Positions 43,979 through 54,259 are shown, counted from the first letter of the stretch. The stretch: 64,000 nt of DNA from Microcoleus sp. (GCA_042408215.1 JAYFMW010000026.1:162020-226019), one strand, 5' to 3'. Notes: generated by a model from the letters alone, not told the origin. Numbers and translations: made by a program.

Positions 43979-44785
43979 CTATCCCTGACTCAATATGTCT
44001 AAAAATTCTTGGACAATGCGATCGGGTTCTTCTGTGCATCTGTTAGCGTCGCAATAGTGGATGATGCTGATACCGTGAGATGCAAACAGGCGATCGCGCG
44101 TTTCATCTTTTTCTGTGTCGGGATGGCATATTTCCAGAATACCCCATTTGCCTTGGTGGAATATCAGAAAATCTGGTTCTTGGTTTTGTCGCCCTGCGGG
44201 TGTGGTGAGGCGGGCTTTGGAGTTGGGGAAAAAGAGGGTGTTTGTGCGATCGAGCGCTTCGGCTATTTTTACTTGTTCTTGGCTGTGAAAGCGCAAATCG
44301 TTCCAGTGATAAATCCGTTCTTTTATGCTTGACAAAAGTCCCTGGTTATGGGCGTTTTCAGGCTTAATCATTCCATCTGATACTGTATTATAATCAGATA
44401 TAGTTGCACCCTGTAAATCTGTTGATGAATCAGACTCACTTAAGTTGGCGAATGATATTCTGGCTCCGCTTAAGTTAGCACCGCTGAGATTAACTCCAAT
44501 AACTTGAGTTCGATGTAAAGTCACTTGATGTCGCCGCAAGTATCGTTTAAAAACAGAGCGTAAATTATTTTTTTTTACTTTTTCATCAAAAGCCTGTGAG
44601 AGTTGTTTCCAGAGTTTAGCCGCCAGCGCTTTTATGTATTCATCATTATATTGAGAGAGTTGAGAAATTTCTTCATAGGAATGTCTTCCTTCCCAGCATT
44701 GTCTGAAGATGAGCTCTTGTACGTCGTTTAAGCCTTCGCCATCGAGGACTGTTTCTGCGATCGCGATTGCTTCATCAACGGTCAT
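43979..44785 (-). CDS. N-terminal HTH + pentapeptide repeats + PD-(D/E)xK-like domain protein
   Basis: L...Q..I...W...SY.EI....LW..LS....V.K.N; NLSGANLSGA; EPDFLI...WGILEI. Confidence 0.7.
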   Translation of the reverse strand: MTVDEAIAIAETVLDGEGLNDVQELIFRQCWEGRHSYEEISQLSQYNDEYIKALAAKLWKQLSQAFDEKVKKNNLRSVFKRYLRRHQVTLHRTQVIGVNLSGANLSGARISFANLSESDSSTDLQGATISDYNTVSDGMIKPENAHNQGLLSSIKERIYHWNDLRFHSQEQVKIAEALDRTNTLFFPNSKARLTTPAGRQNQEPDFLIFHQGKWGILEICHPDTEKDETRDRLFASHGISIIHYCDANRCTEEPDRIVQEFLDILSQG

Positions 44786-44831
44786 GGCTTAAGTTTCCTT
44801 AAAGTATATATCTGGTGAAGTTTTGACAATA

Positions 44832-45210
44832 ATACCATTTTTTTATGATGCTGCATAGAATCCGATCCCCCCTAAAGAGGGCGGGCGGGCACGGGGGCAC
44901 CGCCCCTACAATGGGGGGACAAGATTCTTCTCAAAGTCCCCCTTCTTAAGGGGGATTTAGGGGGATCGAGATATGTGCAACGACCCATTAAATTAATATA
45001 ATACCAATTTTTTATGAGGCCCCGTAGAATCCGATCCCCCCTAGCCCCCCTTAAGAAGGGGGGGACAAGACTCTTCTCAAAGCCCTAAAGAGGGCGGCAA
45101 CGGGGGCACCGCCCCTACAATGGGGGGGACAAGACTCTTCTCAAAGTCCCCCTTCTTAAGGGGGATTTAGGGGGATCGAGATATGTGCAACGACCCATTA
45201 AATTAATATA
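44832..45210. repeat. Two tandem copies of a GATCCCCC...GGGGGATC palindromic element
   Basis: Units start at about 44832 and 45001; both carry a nested GCCCCTACA arm. Confidence 0.85.
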
Positions 45211-45229
45211 AGAGGCGATGTTTGAGCAA

Positions 45230-46090
45230 TTAAGGCTGATGTTCGTTCAACCAATTGGTTAAATCTGAGGCTTCTGAAAAATCCAAAAGCGCTTCTCCTA
45301 AATCCTCTAATTCTTCTACGGATAAAGTCTGAATTTGCTCGGTTGTTTCAGGGGCGATCGAACCGATGCGTCGAATCAACAGGCGAGTGAGCAACGACAG
45401 CGCCTCATCTTTCCTTCCTTCAAGGAGGCCTAGTTGTCTTCCTTCAAGGAGTCCATCTTCGCGAATTTCTTGGTAAATCACAGAACCGCGCATAGTTTCT
45501 TTCCTAAATAGTTGTCTGATCAAGTCTTTTTCAAATCTCAAACCTGCGAGCACTTGGGTACAAGCGAGTAAATCCGCTTGTTGATTCGGTTCTTCTATTG
45601 TAGCAATCTGAGTAGCAATTTGCTCTAACAAATTTCGCGGCGAGTTGGTTTGGGATAGTGTCGCGAATGGGAGTAAGCCGGGGACGGACAGCAGTAACGC
45701 GGGGTCTTGTTCCCACAGGCGGATAACTCGATAGCTGTGTCGGGTGTTCGCGTCTGTGTACTCGGATACAAAAACTTGTTCTGAGGCTGTTTGCTGCAAA
45801 AAGATTACTACTTGATTGATGGAACAGGAGTATTGCCGTTTGAGCCTGACGTAGTAGTCTAGCATTCTGAAGGCGATCGGCGGGTCGGAGTAGGGTCGGG
45901 TTTCAAATTCCAGATGCAGGATTTGGTTATCTGTTTGCAGGAAAACGAGAGAATCGGCTCGGATGGGCTCTTGAATTAGTTCGGTTTTGAGTACCTGAAC
46001 GCTGGTGGGTTCGTCAATTGGTAGCAGCCAGCTTACGAAGGCGGCAGGGAATTTTTCGGCTAGATATTTGCAGGTGTTGTCGTAGGCCAA
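45230..46090 (-). CDS. Rpn family recombination-promoting nuclease/putative transposase (DUF4351 C-terminus)
   Basis: TEL..EPIRAD, ILHLEF, RMLDY, LE.LGEALLDF....L..WL. Confidence 0.88.
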   Translation of the reverse strand: MAYDNTCKYLAEKFPAAFVSWLLPIDEPTSVQVLKTELIQEPIRADSLVFLQTDNQILHLEFETRPYSDPPIAFRMLDYYVRLKRQYSCSINQVVIFLQQTASEQVFVSEYTDANTRHSYRVIRLWEQDPALLLSVPGLLPFATLSQTNSPRNLLEQIATQIATIEEPNQQADLLACTQVLAGLRFEKDLIRQLFRKETMRGSVIYQEIREDGLLEGRQLGLLEGRKDEALSLLTRLLIRRIGSIAPETTEQIQTLSVEELEDLGEALLDFSEASDLTNWLNEHQP

Positions 46091-46292
46091 GGAAGTTGGG
46101 TTGTGAGAGGGGACTAGAAGAGTTTAACCCTAGGGGCATCTATCTGAGAGGAGATTTTAGGGCGATTTGGGGAAAGTCATTACTTTTTATCACTTTTTAT
46201 CACTTTTTATCACTGACAAAGATGAGATCGAGTTGATAAAGTATTTTACTAATAGCTCGCGAGCAGTGCTCCACAGGTAGCAATACAGAATA

Positions 46293-47120
46293 ATGAATAA
46301 GCGATTAAAACTGATATTTCTAACATCTACCATTATATGTACAGTGCTGTTTCCTTCGGCAAGCTGGGCGCGGACTGTCTTGCAAGAAATCCAGCAAACA
46401 GGAGTTTTAAAAGTAGGGATTAGAAAAGATGCTGTGTTTTTTGGCTATGAAAGTTCAGGAAGTTGGACAGGCTATTGTGCAGGCTTTGCCAATGCTCTAG
46501 CAAGTAGTCTCAGCAAACAAATGAATACTTCTATTAGTGTCAGAGCAGTTACATCTACGCTCCCAACCCGCGAGGGAATAGTTCGAGATGGCACTGTACA
46601 TATTGAGTGTGGACCAAATACAATTAGTCGCGAAAAAGAAGTACAGGAAAACATTAAATATTCACAGGCTTTTTTTGTCACGGGGACGCAATTTATTGTA
46701 AGGGCTGCCAACAAAAATACCAGCTTGAAAAATGCGAGACTCGGTGTACTTCGAGGATCAACCAATATACGTTCAGTTACCCAAGCATATTCAGAAGCTG
46801 AAATACAGCAGTTTTCTGAAAGAAGTGAGGGTGTAAGTGCTGCAATGAACGGTCAAGTTACTGCATTTGCTGGAGATAGTATTCTTTTGATAGGAGAAGC
46901 CGTGAGACAGGGAGTGCCGCTCAGTGCTTTTGAGATAGTACCCAACCAACCTCTATCCTGTGACTTTTATGGAATGATACTTCCTACTAACGATACTCAG
47001 TGGCAAAATACAGTGAACTCTTTTATTGGTAGCAGTCAAGGGCTACAGGTTTGGGGGACTTGGTTTGGAGGATTAGCACCTTATCTTAAAGGAACGCTTG
47101 ACTATTGCAAGAGCAGATAA
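46293..47120 (+). CDS. Amino-acid ABC-type substrate-binding protein (family 3)
   Basis: Signal peptide, G.L.VG.R.D, ECG..TI..E, F.TGTQF. Confidence 0.85.
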   Translation: MNKRLKLIFLTSTIICTVLFPSASWARTVLQEIQQTGVLKVGIRKDAVFFGYESSGSWTGYCAGFANALASSLSKQMNTSISVRAVTSTLPTREGIVRDGTVHIECGPNTISREKEVQENIKYSQAFFVTGTQFIVRAANKNTSLKNARLGVLRGSTNIRSVTQAYSEAEIQQFSERSEGVSAAMNGQVTAFAGDSILLIGEAVRQGVPLSAFEIVPNQPLSCDFYGMILPTNDTQWQNTVNSFIGSSQGLQVWGTWFGGLAPYLKGTLDYCKSR

Positions 47121-47171
47121 ATCAAAGCGTTCGGTGTTTCTAGCTCCAAATGTCTTATTAAGGGGGAAGTT

Positions 47172-48047
47172 ATGAGCGAACAAGGAATAGTCAAAACAAT
47201 AGTAGTTGGAGTAATAGTAGCTGTTGTAGGATCGTCAATCCATATTTTTCAGAATGAAATTAAACAATGTATTGGTTTGCAAGTAGGTTTTTGCCCTCTG
47301 ACAAATGAGGTAACATACAAGGATGGTGGTAGATATAAGGGTGATACTTTTAATGGTAATCCACATGGTAAAGGAGTATTTATTACTGCTAATGGCGATC
47401 GCTACGAAGGAGAGTTCAAGAATGGAACATATGAAGGTAAAGGCACATATACTTACGCCGCAAATGAGGCTGGCTATAAACGCCATCTAGGGGAGTGGCA
47501 GAATGGCAAAAGAAATGGTAAAGGGACGTTGAATTATACGAGTGGTGATCGTTTAGAAGGAGAGTGGAAAAATGATAGTTACATCAAGGGTGTATATATC
47601 TATAAAAATGGCGATCGATATGAGGGAGAGTGGAGCAATGATGGAACAAAACGCAATGGAAAAGGGACTTTAACCTATGCAGATGGTCAGCGTTATGTAG
47701 GTGAGTTTCGTGACAACGAAATCAATGGTACAGGGAGTATGACCTACCCTAAAGACAGCAAGACACAAAGCTATGACGGTGAGTGGAAAAACGGAAAATT
47801 CAACGGCAAAGGCAAAATTATTTGGTCTGATGGCAGTAGCTATGACGGGTACTGGCGTGATAACAAATATAACGGTCAAGGGGTTTTTACTTGGGCTGAT
47901 GGCGATCGCTTTGAAGGGGAGTGGCTTGATGACAAGCGCAATGGTTTTGGGGTAATGATATACACTAACGGCACTGGTAAATTCCAAGTCTGGGAGAATG
48001 GTAAATTAGCTACATCACCATCACCAAGTCCTTCGCCAAGTCCTTGA
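47172..48047 (+). CDS. MORN-repeat protein with N-terminal anchor
   Basis: Repeated Y.GEW.NG...GKG..TY..GD units. Confidence 0.92.
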   Translation: MSEQGIVKTIVVGVIVAVVGSSIHIFQNEIKQCIGLQVGFCPLTNEVTYKDGGRYKGDTFNGNPHGKGVFITANGDRYEGEFKNGTYEGKGTYTYAANEAGYKRHLGEWQNGKRNGKGTLNYTSGDRLEGEWKNDSYIKGVYIYKNGDRYEGEWSNDGTKRNGKGTLTYADGQRYVGEFRDNEINGTGSMTYPKDSKTQSYDGEWKNGKFNGKGKIIWSDGSSYDGYWRDNKYNGQGVFTWADGDRFEGEWLDDKRNGFGVMIYTNGTGKFQVWENGKLATSPSPSPSPSP

Positions 48048-48176
48048 TAGGGAAGAATCTGTGCTTGAGTTACGATCGCACCTCATCACCCTCACCTTTC
48101 TACAATCTTCTCCCATCGCCTGCTTTAAAGGTTCTTGAAGTTCGATCGCCCTCCAATGCAAATCCCTTGCAATCGA

Positions 48177-48545
48177 TCATACTTTCAAAGATTCTCGCTG
48201 CTGTTCCCTAGAAGGCACTCCATAAGCAGTATAAGGTCGAACATCAGGCGGTTGAAGCCCCAAAACAATTGATTTAGCCGGAATTCCTGCTGCAACTAAC
48301 TCCTCAGCAATCAGGCGATCGGTATTATTTGCTTGAATCCACACCTGAGAGTCAATAATATCAATATGAATCACGCAATGGTGAATGCGCTGCTCGTTAA
48401 ACCAACCTATATTTATTAACATATAGCGGTCATTTTCCACATCAAAAATTGTGGCGTTTTGCGTGCCGCTGTCAAAAACGGGAATCTCAGCGTATTCAGT
48501 CAGGAGCTGCTTAACAAGTTTGCGATAATTATTTAAGCTATCCAT
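48177..48545 (-). CDS. xisI: XisI family protein (copy 1)
   Basis: D.ENDRY.L...GW, HIDI.D..VWIQ.N.T...IA.EL...GIP...IVLG..PP..R. Confidence 0.9.
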   Translation of the reverse strand: MDSLNNYRKLVKQLLTEYAEIPVFDSGTQNATIFDVENDRYMLINIGWFNEQRIHHCVIHIDIIDSQVWIQANNTDRLIAEELVAAGIPAKSIVLGLQPPDVRPYTAYGVPSREQQRESLKV

Positions 48546-48948
48546 TGTACTATTTCCTCTGTTTTTGGGTTGAAAACAACAAGACTTAGGCGGTTATTAT
48601 CTAGCAAAATTTGACCAAATTTTTGTCCTTCAAAAAGCTCCGTAAAAGCATTTAGTGGAAGTGCAAGATAAAGTTGTCTTTCTGATTCTGTCTGTTTTAA
48701 GATGTCATAGTAAAGAGTGTATTGACCCAACGCTTGCTCTAAATCTGCAACTCGCGACTCTCTGATAAAACTTTTAACTTCAACGGCTATCTTGCGATCG
48801 TTGTTCTCAGCAGCTAATAGCTGTTCGGCACCAAGATCGATAGGTTTCTCTTCGCCCAAGCCAATGGATAGGGATCGTGGGTAATTGTCCAGCCAGCCTT
48901 AATCAGAGCCTGTTTGACAACTTGATGATAAATGTCTCTTGCGGGCAC
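48533..48948 (-). pseudogene. xisH: XisH family protein, frameshifted
   Basis: 4-bp deletion at GATCGATCGA relative to the intact copy at 50712-51128. Confidence 0.85.
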
Positions 48949-49129
48949 GATCGCTCTCTTTTTCTATCCAGATCGAGACTATTATAATGTATTTCATCCC
49001 GATCGCCCAAATCATCCCCAATGCGATCTCTCACGCTTGGGAAGTGGGAAGTCTGCAACCATTAGAAGAAGTAGAAAGTGCGATCGCCCTTTTTTGCTCC
49101 ACCACACAAATATAATTTTACAGTAGCAT

Positions 49130-49352
49130 TTAACAAGCAATTTGAAGCGTCCTGGGTTCAGGGATAGATTCACCTTCTGCTTCCCAAGCTTCCAAATACA
49201 TTTCAATCACTTCTTCGCCGTTATGAATTGCTTGCTCGCGAGTTTGACCGTGAGTGCAAGGCATCACCACGCGATCGGCAAACTCTGGAATCGTGACTAG
49301 GAAAAGTCGATCTTCATGACTACCATTGAACAATCATACTATATCGACTCAT
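49130..49352 (-). pseudogene. HicB-family antitoxin, frameshifted after MSRYSMIVQW
   Basis: EDRLFLVTIPEF...THG.T.E.A..N..E.I..Y.E..E.IPEP; one extra base near 49320. Confidence 0.75.
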
Positions 49353-49368
49353 AAATCCTCGCCCCTTT

Positions 49369-49803
49369 TTAACACCATAGAAAAAAAGATTTGTCAACAG
49401 TTACATATTTCCCCAAAACTGTCAATGGCATCACATCCGCACTTCCAAGTACATCAACAGACACCCCATCTCTAATCAGAATTTTAAACACTTCATCCCC
49501 ATTTTGAACTAAGCTTGCATCTAACTCAATAACTTGACCCTCTTCCTTCAAGACACTTAATAAATCCGCACTAGATAAACGCAATACTTCCTCATTATTA
49601 CCTTTCTTAGTCAATTGATCGCCACATCTTCCAGTAGCATCAATATCAGCAACGATCCATTGATTAGGCAACTCACAATTTTGGGCTAAATATTCAATAA
49701 TTTGGGCAACTCTGGGTTCCAGTTTTTCCTGTTCCTCATAGCAGAGTGTAATTGCCCACTTTTGGCTAACATTTTGTTTGAGAGCAGAAGTTTGAGATTT
49801 CAT
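49369..49803 (-). CDS. Hypothetical protein, candidate immunity protein
   Basis: 144-aa ORF whose ATG overlaps the stop of the upstream toxin-like frame. Confidence 0.6.
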   Translation of the reverse strand: MKSQTSALKQNVSQKWAITLCYEEQEKLEPRVAQIIEYLAQNCELPNQWIVADIDATGRCGDQLTKKGNNEEVLRLSSADLLSVLKEEGQVIELDASLVQNGDEVFKILIRDGVSVDVLGSADVMPLTVLGKYVTVDKSFFLWC

Positions 49804-50121
49804 AATAGTTCCGGTATTTTATTTCTAGTAGGAGTACCACCTGTAAGATTTGGTATCCATTGATGTTGATGAGGTGGTGGCAGATGATCCGGTCGAGGAT
49901 TACCATTAGGATAGGTAGGACTGGTAAAATCTATGTCTCTCACAGGTTGCCCCAGACTGATCGAATTCTCGCATCTGATAAATCCTCTGATTATAAGTAT
50001 CCCATCTTAATTGAGAATGAGGTCCTATAGCATTCGGATCGGGTTTTGCTTCCCCAAGTCTAGGCGGTTGTTGACTTTTAAGTACAATCGTACCATCTGC
50101 ATAGCGTGAGTGGACTAACAA
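49800..50121 (-). pseudogene. Orphan polymorphic-toxin C-terminal domain (Ntox24-like), frameshifted
   Basis: PDPNAIGPH..YQMREFD..G / QPVRDIDFT...PPPHQHQWIPNLTGGTPTR; extra base in the run at 49950-49953. Confidence 0.6.
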
Positions 50122-50237
50122 TCTAGTTTCAGGTTTTTGGGAAATTCAACCTAATTATTTTATCACTTATTTTAAAAGGCGGTAGAACAAGTGCGATCAA
50201 TTGCACAACAGCAGCCTGTGGACTGATACGAGCCGAT

Positions 50238-50318
50238 GCGATCGCAAAACTCTGGAATAGTAACTAAGAAAAGTCCATCTTTATCAGACCATTGAACAAT
50301 CATACTATATCGACTCAT
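50238..50318 (-). pseudogene. 5' fragment of a second hicB
   Basis: MSRYSMIVQWSDKDGLFLVTIPEFCDR; homology is lost at GCGATCGC. Confidence 0.8.
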
Positions 50319-50355
50319 AAACCATCGCCCTCCAAGTCAAATCCCTTCCACTCCA

Positions 50356-50724
50356 TCATACTTTCAACGATTCTCGCTGATGCTGTTTAGAAGGCACTCC
50401 ATAAGCAGTATAAGGTCTAACATCCGGCGGTTGAAGTCCCAAAACAATTGATTTAGCCGGAATACCCGCTGCAACTAACTCCTCAGCAATCAGGCGATCG
50501 GTATTATTTGCTTGAATCCACACCTGACCGTCAATAATATCAATATGAATCACGCAATGGTGAATGCGTTGCTCGTTAAACCAACCTATATTGATTAACA
50601 TATAGCGGTCATTTTCCACATCAAAAATTGTTTTGTTTTGTATCCCGCTGTCACCAACGGGAATTTCAGCGTATTCAGTCAGGAGCTGCTTAACAAGTTT
50701 TCGATAATTATTCAAGCTATCCAT
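50356..50724 (-). CDS. xisI: XisI family protein (copy 2)
   Basis: Near-identical to 48177-48545. Confidence 0.9.
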   Translation of the reverse strand: MDSLNNYRKLVKQLLTEYAEIPVGDSGIQNKTIFDVENDRYMLINIGWFNEQRIHHCVIHIDIIDGQVWIQANNTDRLIAEELVAAGIPAKSIVLGLQPPDVRPYTAYGVPSKQHQRESLKV

Positions 50725-51128
50725 TGTAATATTTCCTCTGTTTTTGGGTTAAAAACAAGATTTAGGCGGTTATTATCTAGCAAAATTTGACCAAATTTTT
50801 GTCCTTCAAAAAGCTCGGTAAAAGCATTTAGTGGAATTGCAAGATACAGTTTTCTTTCTGATTCAGTCCGTTTTAAGATGTCATAGTAAAGAGTGTATTG
50901 ACCCAAAGCTTGCTCTAAATCTGCAACTCTCGACTCTCTGATAAAACTTTTAACTTCAACGGCTATCTTGCGATCGTTGTTCTCAGCAGCTAATAGCTGT
51001 TCTGCACCAAGATCGATCGATAGGTTTCTCTTCGCCCAAGCCAAGGGATAGGGATCGTGGGTAATTGTCCAGCCAGCCTTAATCAGAGCCTGTTTGACAA
51101 CTTGATGATAAATGTCTCTTGCTGGCAC
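50712..51128 (-). CDS. xisH: XisH family protein
   Basis: PARD.YH..VK.AL.K.GW.ITHDP, IDLGAE, IAVEVKSF, ALGQ...Y. Confidence 0.92.
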   Translation of the reverse strand: MPARDIYHQVVKQALIKAGWTITHDPYPLAWAKRNLSIDLGAEQLLAAENNDRKIAVEVKSFIRESRVADLEQALGQYTLYYDILKRTESERKLYLAIPLNAFTELFEGQKFGQILLDNNRLNLVFNPKTEEILQWIA

Positions 51129-51230
51129 GATCGCTCTCTTTTGCTATCGAGGTTGACACTGACTATTATAATGTATTGTATCAACAAATTCGATATACTG
51201 AGATACGACCTAGTACGATGGCCTTTCCCA

Positions 51231-51287
51231 ATAATTTCTGCACGTCCAGTTACCCGTACAGAAAGGAAACTATATGAACAACGTTGA
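51231..51287 (+). pseudogene. C-terminal remnant of a BrnT-like toxin
   Basis: IISARPVTRTERKLYE overlapping the next start. Confidence 0.55.
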
Positions 51288-51543
51288 AAAAGAACTGACA
51301 TTAAAAGTCCGATCGCGCCCAACAACAGTATCGATTGAAATCCCAACAGATACCTTAGAATCCCTAAACAAAGTAGCACTGCATCGAGATATGCCTTTGT
51401 CAGTTGTGCTCAAATTTTACATTGGGCAAGGTTTGCGGCAAGATTTAACAAAATTGTTTAGCGATCGCCTCATGGAAGCAACAGCCCAAGTTTTAGCACG
51501 ACATTTACATTCAGAAGAAGAAGTCTCAACCATTCTCCCTTGA
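51274..51543 (+). CDS. CopG/RHH-like antitoxin-type protein (C-terminus possibly frameshifted)
   Basis: VSI.IP.DTL.SL..VA..RDM....L.K.YIGQGLRQD. Confidence 0.6.
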   Translation: MNNVEKELTLKVRSRPTTVSIEIPTDTLESLNKVALHRDMPLSVVLKFYIGQGLRQDLTKLFSDRLMEATAQVLARHLHSEEEVSTILP

Positions 51544-51624
51544 AATTCAATCTGAAACAGCACCATAGTGCGATCGATCGCACTCAATCTCGCGATCGGT
51601 GCGATCGCCCCACCAAATCCTAAT

Positions 51625-52014
51625 TTACCAAATCGTCTGAATGTTGGCTGCCCGAATCTTAGAATCACAGCTAACCAATGGCAGATTCAAATAAAAAGCA
51701 GTAGCCGTAATAATGCGATCGGGCATATCTGGCACAACATCTCGTGGAATTTGGCCAATTGCCTGAGCAATTTCTAGAGATAATGGCATTACCAGCCATC
51801 CAGTATTAATATCAGCTAAGGCTTGAATTAACCTCTCTAAAGCCACTGCTGGCAACTTTCCTTTTTCGTTCAAGTAAATGATTTCTACAACTGAAATAGA
51901 AGCCACATAAACCGACTCAGCCTGTTCGATTGCTGCCAAAGCAGTAGCCGATAAATTCCTAGACTTCAAAAAATACCAAACAATTGCATGGGTATCTATT
52001 ACAACTGCGCTCAT
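51625..52014 (-). CDS. VapC/PIN-domain toxin
   Basis: VIDTH..VW, S.VE...L, D.PDRII.ATA, LVS.D. Confidence 0.88.
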   Translation of the reverse strand: MSAVVIDTHAIVWYFLKSRNLSATALAAIEQAESVYVASISVVEIIYLNEKGKLPAVALERLIQALADINTGWLVMPLSLEIAQAIGQIPRDVVPDMPDRIITATAFYLNLPLVSCDSKIRAANIQTIW

Positions 52015-52238
52015 AAAGGACATTCCTTCGGAAAATTACCCCACATTTCTTCACGAACTTCGGAAATATCAGCGGCTGTAATTTCAATATTTAAATCGCT
52101 CCACAACCCGTACAAACTACGCCGAGGTTGTTTCCCAGTAGACTTTTGCCTGAGAAACTGGACGAAGTTGAGGACTTCTTGCTGTTGCTCTGGCTGCAAT
52201 TCCCGTAAATTTTCTAATACAGCTTGCTCAATGGTCAT
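52011..52238 (-). CDS. Cognate antitoxin (DUF2281-like)
   Basis: L..L.PEQQQEVL.F..FL; overlaps the PIN gene start. Confidence 0.75.
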   Translation of the reverse strand: MTIEQAVLENLRELQPEQQQEVLNFVQFLRQKSTGKQPRRSLYGLWSDLNIEITAADISEVREEMWGNFPKECPL

Positions 52239-52558
52239 TATTTTACATCCCATCCCATTCAACTCTCTTCAATAAGACTAACGGGTTCGCAGTCAAGCCC
52301 GCAACACAGAAACAGCCCGATCGCTCGATCGCCCCGCCCAAATAGTCCCGAACCCACGTCGAGGCTAGAAACCGGGTTTCTTCCTAGATATGTAGTTGAG
52401 AATCAGTGATTTTTCGTAGAAACCCGGTTTCTTCCCGTAACTCCTACCAAATCAAAATCTGGCAATACGCTAAAAATCTTTAAAATTTGTTAAGATTAAC
52501 ACGACCTCAGCGCCGGCATCCGATCCGCCGCTAAACCCCCTTCCCCAGCCCCACAACA

Positions 52559-54259
52559 ATGCTGCGACTCGAACACATCAGTAAAATTTATCCCACAGGC
52601 GTCGTACTCAAAGATGTCACCTGGGAAGTCAAACCAGGCGATCGCATCGGCTTAGTAGGCGTCAACGGTGCCGGCAAATCCACCCAACTCAAAATCATCG
52701 CCGGCGAAATCGAACCCACCGCAGGCGAAGTCATTCGCCCCGCCAGCCTCCACATCGCCTACCTCTCCCAAGAATTTGAAGTAGATCCGACACGCACCGT
52801 CAAAGAAGAATTTTGGCGCGCCTTCAGCGAAGCCAACGAAATACACGAATCCCTCATGCAAGTCCATCGAGACTTGGAAGCCTCCACTCCAGAAAATCTC
52901 GACGAACTGATCCACAAAATGGATCGGCTACAAAGACAATTTGAAGGCTTAAACGGCTACGGTTTAGAAGCCCAAATCGAGAAAATTCTACCAGAAATCG
53001 GATTTGAACCCGAAGATGGCGATCGGCTAGTCAGCGCCTTCAGTGGCGGCTGGCAAATGCGGATGAGTTTGGGCAAAATTCTCCTCCAAAAACCCGACAT
53101 CCTGCTGTTAGACGAACCTACCAACCACCTCGATTTAGAAACCATCGAATGGCTGGAAGTTTACCTCAAAGGGCTGACAACCCCGATGGTAATCGTATCC
53201 CATGACCGCGAATTTCTCGATCGCCTCTGCACCCAAATAGTCGAAACCGAACGCGGAGTTTCCAGCACCTACCTCGGCAACTATTCCTCCTATTTACTGC
53301 AAAAAGCCGAAGCCAGAGAAGCCCAACTCAGCGCCTACGAAAGCCAACAAAAAGAACTCGAAAAACAGCAAGCATTCGTTGAAAAATTCCGCGCCAGCGC
53401 CACTCGCAGCACCCAAGCGAAAAGCCGCGAGAAACAATTAGATAAAATCGAACGCATCGAAGCCCCCACCGGCGGATTAAAAACTTTGCATTTTCGCTTT
53501 CCCCCCGCACCCCGCAGCGGCCGCGAAGTAGTAATAATTGAAGACTTGGTGCACAGCTACGGCGACAAAATCCTATTTTTGGGTGCCGACTTATTAGTTG
53601 AAAGGGGCGAACGTATCGCATTCCTCGGCCCCAACGGCGCCGGCAAATCTACCTTGCTGCGCCTGATTATGGGTTTGGAAACGCCAACCGAAGGTACGGT
53701 AAAATTCGGAGGTCATAACGTCATCCCCGGTTACTTTGAACAGAATCAAGCCGAAGCCTTAGATTTGAATAAAACCGTGATGGAAACGATTCACGATGAA
53801 GTTCCCGACTGGAAAAACGAAGAAGTTCGGACTTTGTTGGGGCGTTTTCTGTTCACCGGCGAAACAGTATACAAACAAGTCGGCGCTTTAAGCGGCGGAG
53901 AAAAAGCCCGCTTAGCTTTAGCAAAAATGCTGTTGACTCCCGTGAATTTGCTGATTTTGGACGAACCTACAAATCACCTCGACATTCCGGCAAAAGAGAT
54001 GATGGAAGAAGCCATCAAGAATTATGATGGCACGGTAATGATCGTTTCGCACGATCGCTATTTCATCTCCCAAGTCGCTAACAAAATTGTCGAAATTCGG
54101 GATGGAGAGTTTCGCCCTTATTTGGGAGATTACCACTACTATCTGGATAAAATAGCTGAAGAAAAAGAGCTGGCCAAGTTAGCCAAACTTGAAGCAGAAA
54201 AAGCAGCTAAAAAAGCAGAAAAAGAAGCCAAGAAAAAAGCAACAGCTAAGCAAAAATAA
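52559..54259 (+). CDS. ABC-F family ATP-binding protein
   Basis: Two ABC domains (G.NGAGKST, SGGW.MR, LDEPTNHLD twice), no TM segments. Confidence 0.95.
   Translation: MLRLEHISKIYPTGVVLKDVTWEVKPGDRIGLVGVNGAGKSTQLKIIAGEIEPTAGEVIRPASLHIAYLSQEFEVDPTRTVKEEFWRAFSEANEIHESLMQVHRDLEASTPENLDELIHKMDRLQRQFEGLNGYGLEAQIEKILPEIGFEPEDGDRLVSAFSGGWQMRMSLGKILLQKPDILLLDEPTNHLDLETIEWLEVYLKGLTTPMVIVSHDREFLDRLCTQIVETERGVSSTYLGNYSSYLLQKAEAREAQLSAYESQQKELEKQQAFVEKFRASATRSTQAKSREKQLDKIERIEAPTGGLKTLHFRFPPAPRSGREVVIIEDLVHSYGDKILFLGADLLVERGERIAFLGPNGAGKSTLLRLIMGLETPTEGTVKFGGHNVIPGYFEQNQAEALDLNKTVMETIHDEVPDWKNEEVRTLLGRFLFTGETVYKQVGALSGGEKARLALAKMLLTPVNLLILDEPTNHLDIPAKEMMEEAIKNYDGTVMIVSHDRYFISQVANKIVEIRDGEFRPYLGDYHYYLDKIAEEKELAKLAKLEAEKAAKKAEKEAKKKATAKQK

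Noticed and set aside
48177..51128. Heterocyst fdxN excision element
   Set aside because: No xisF recombinase and no nif/fdxN genes nearby.
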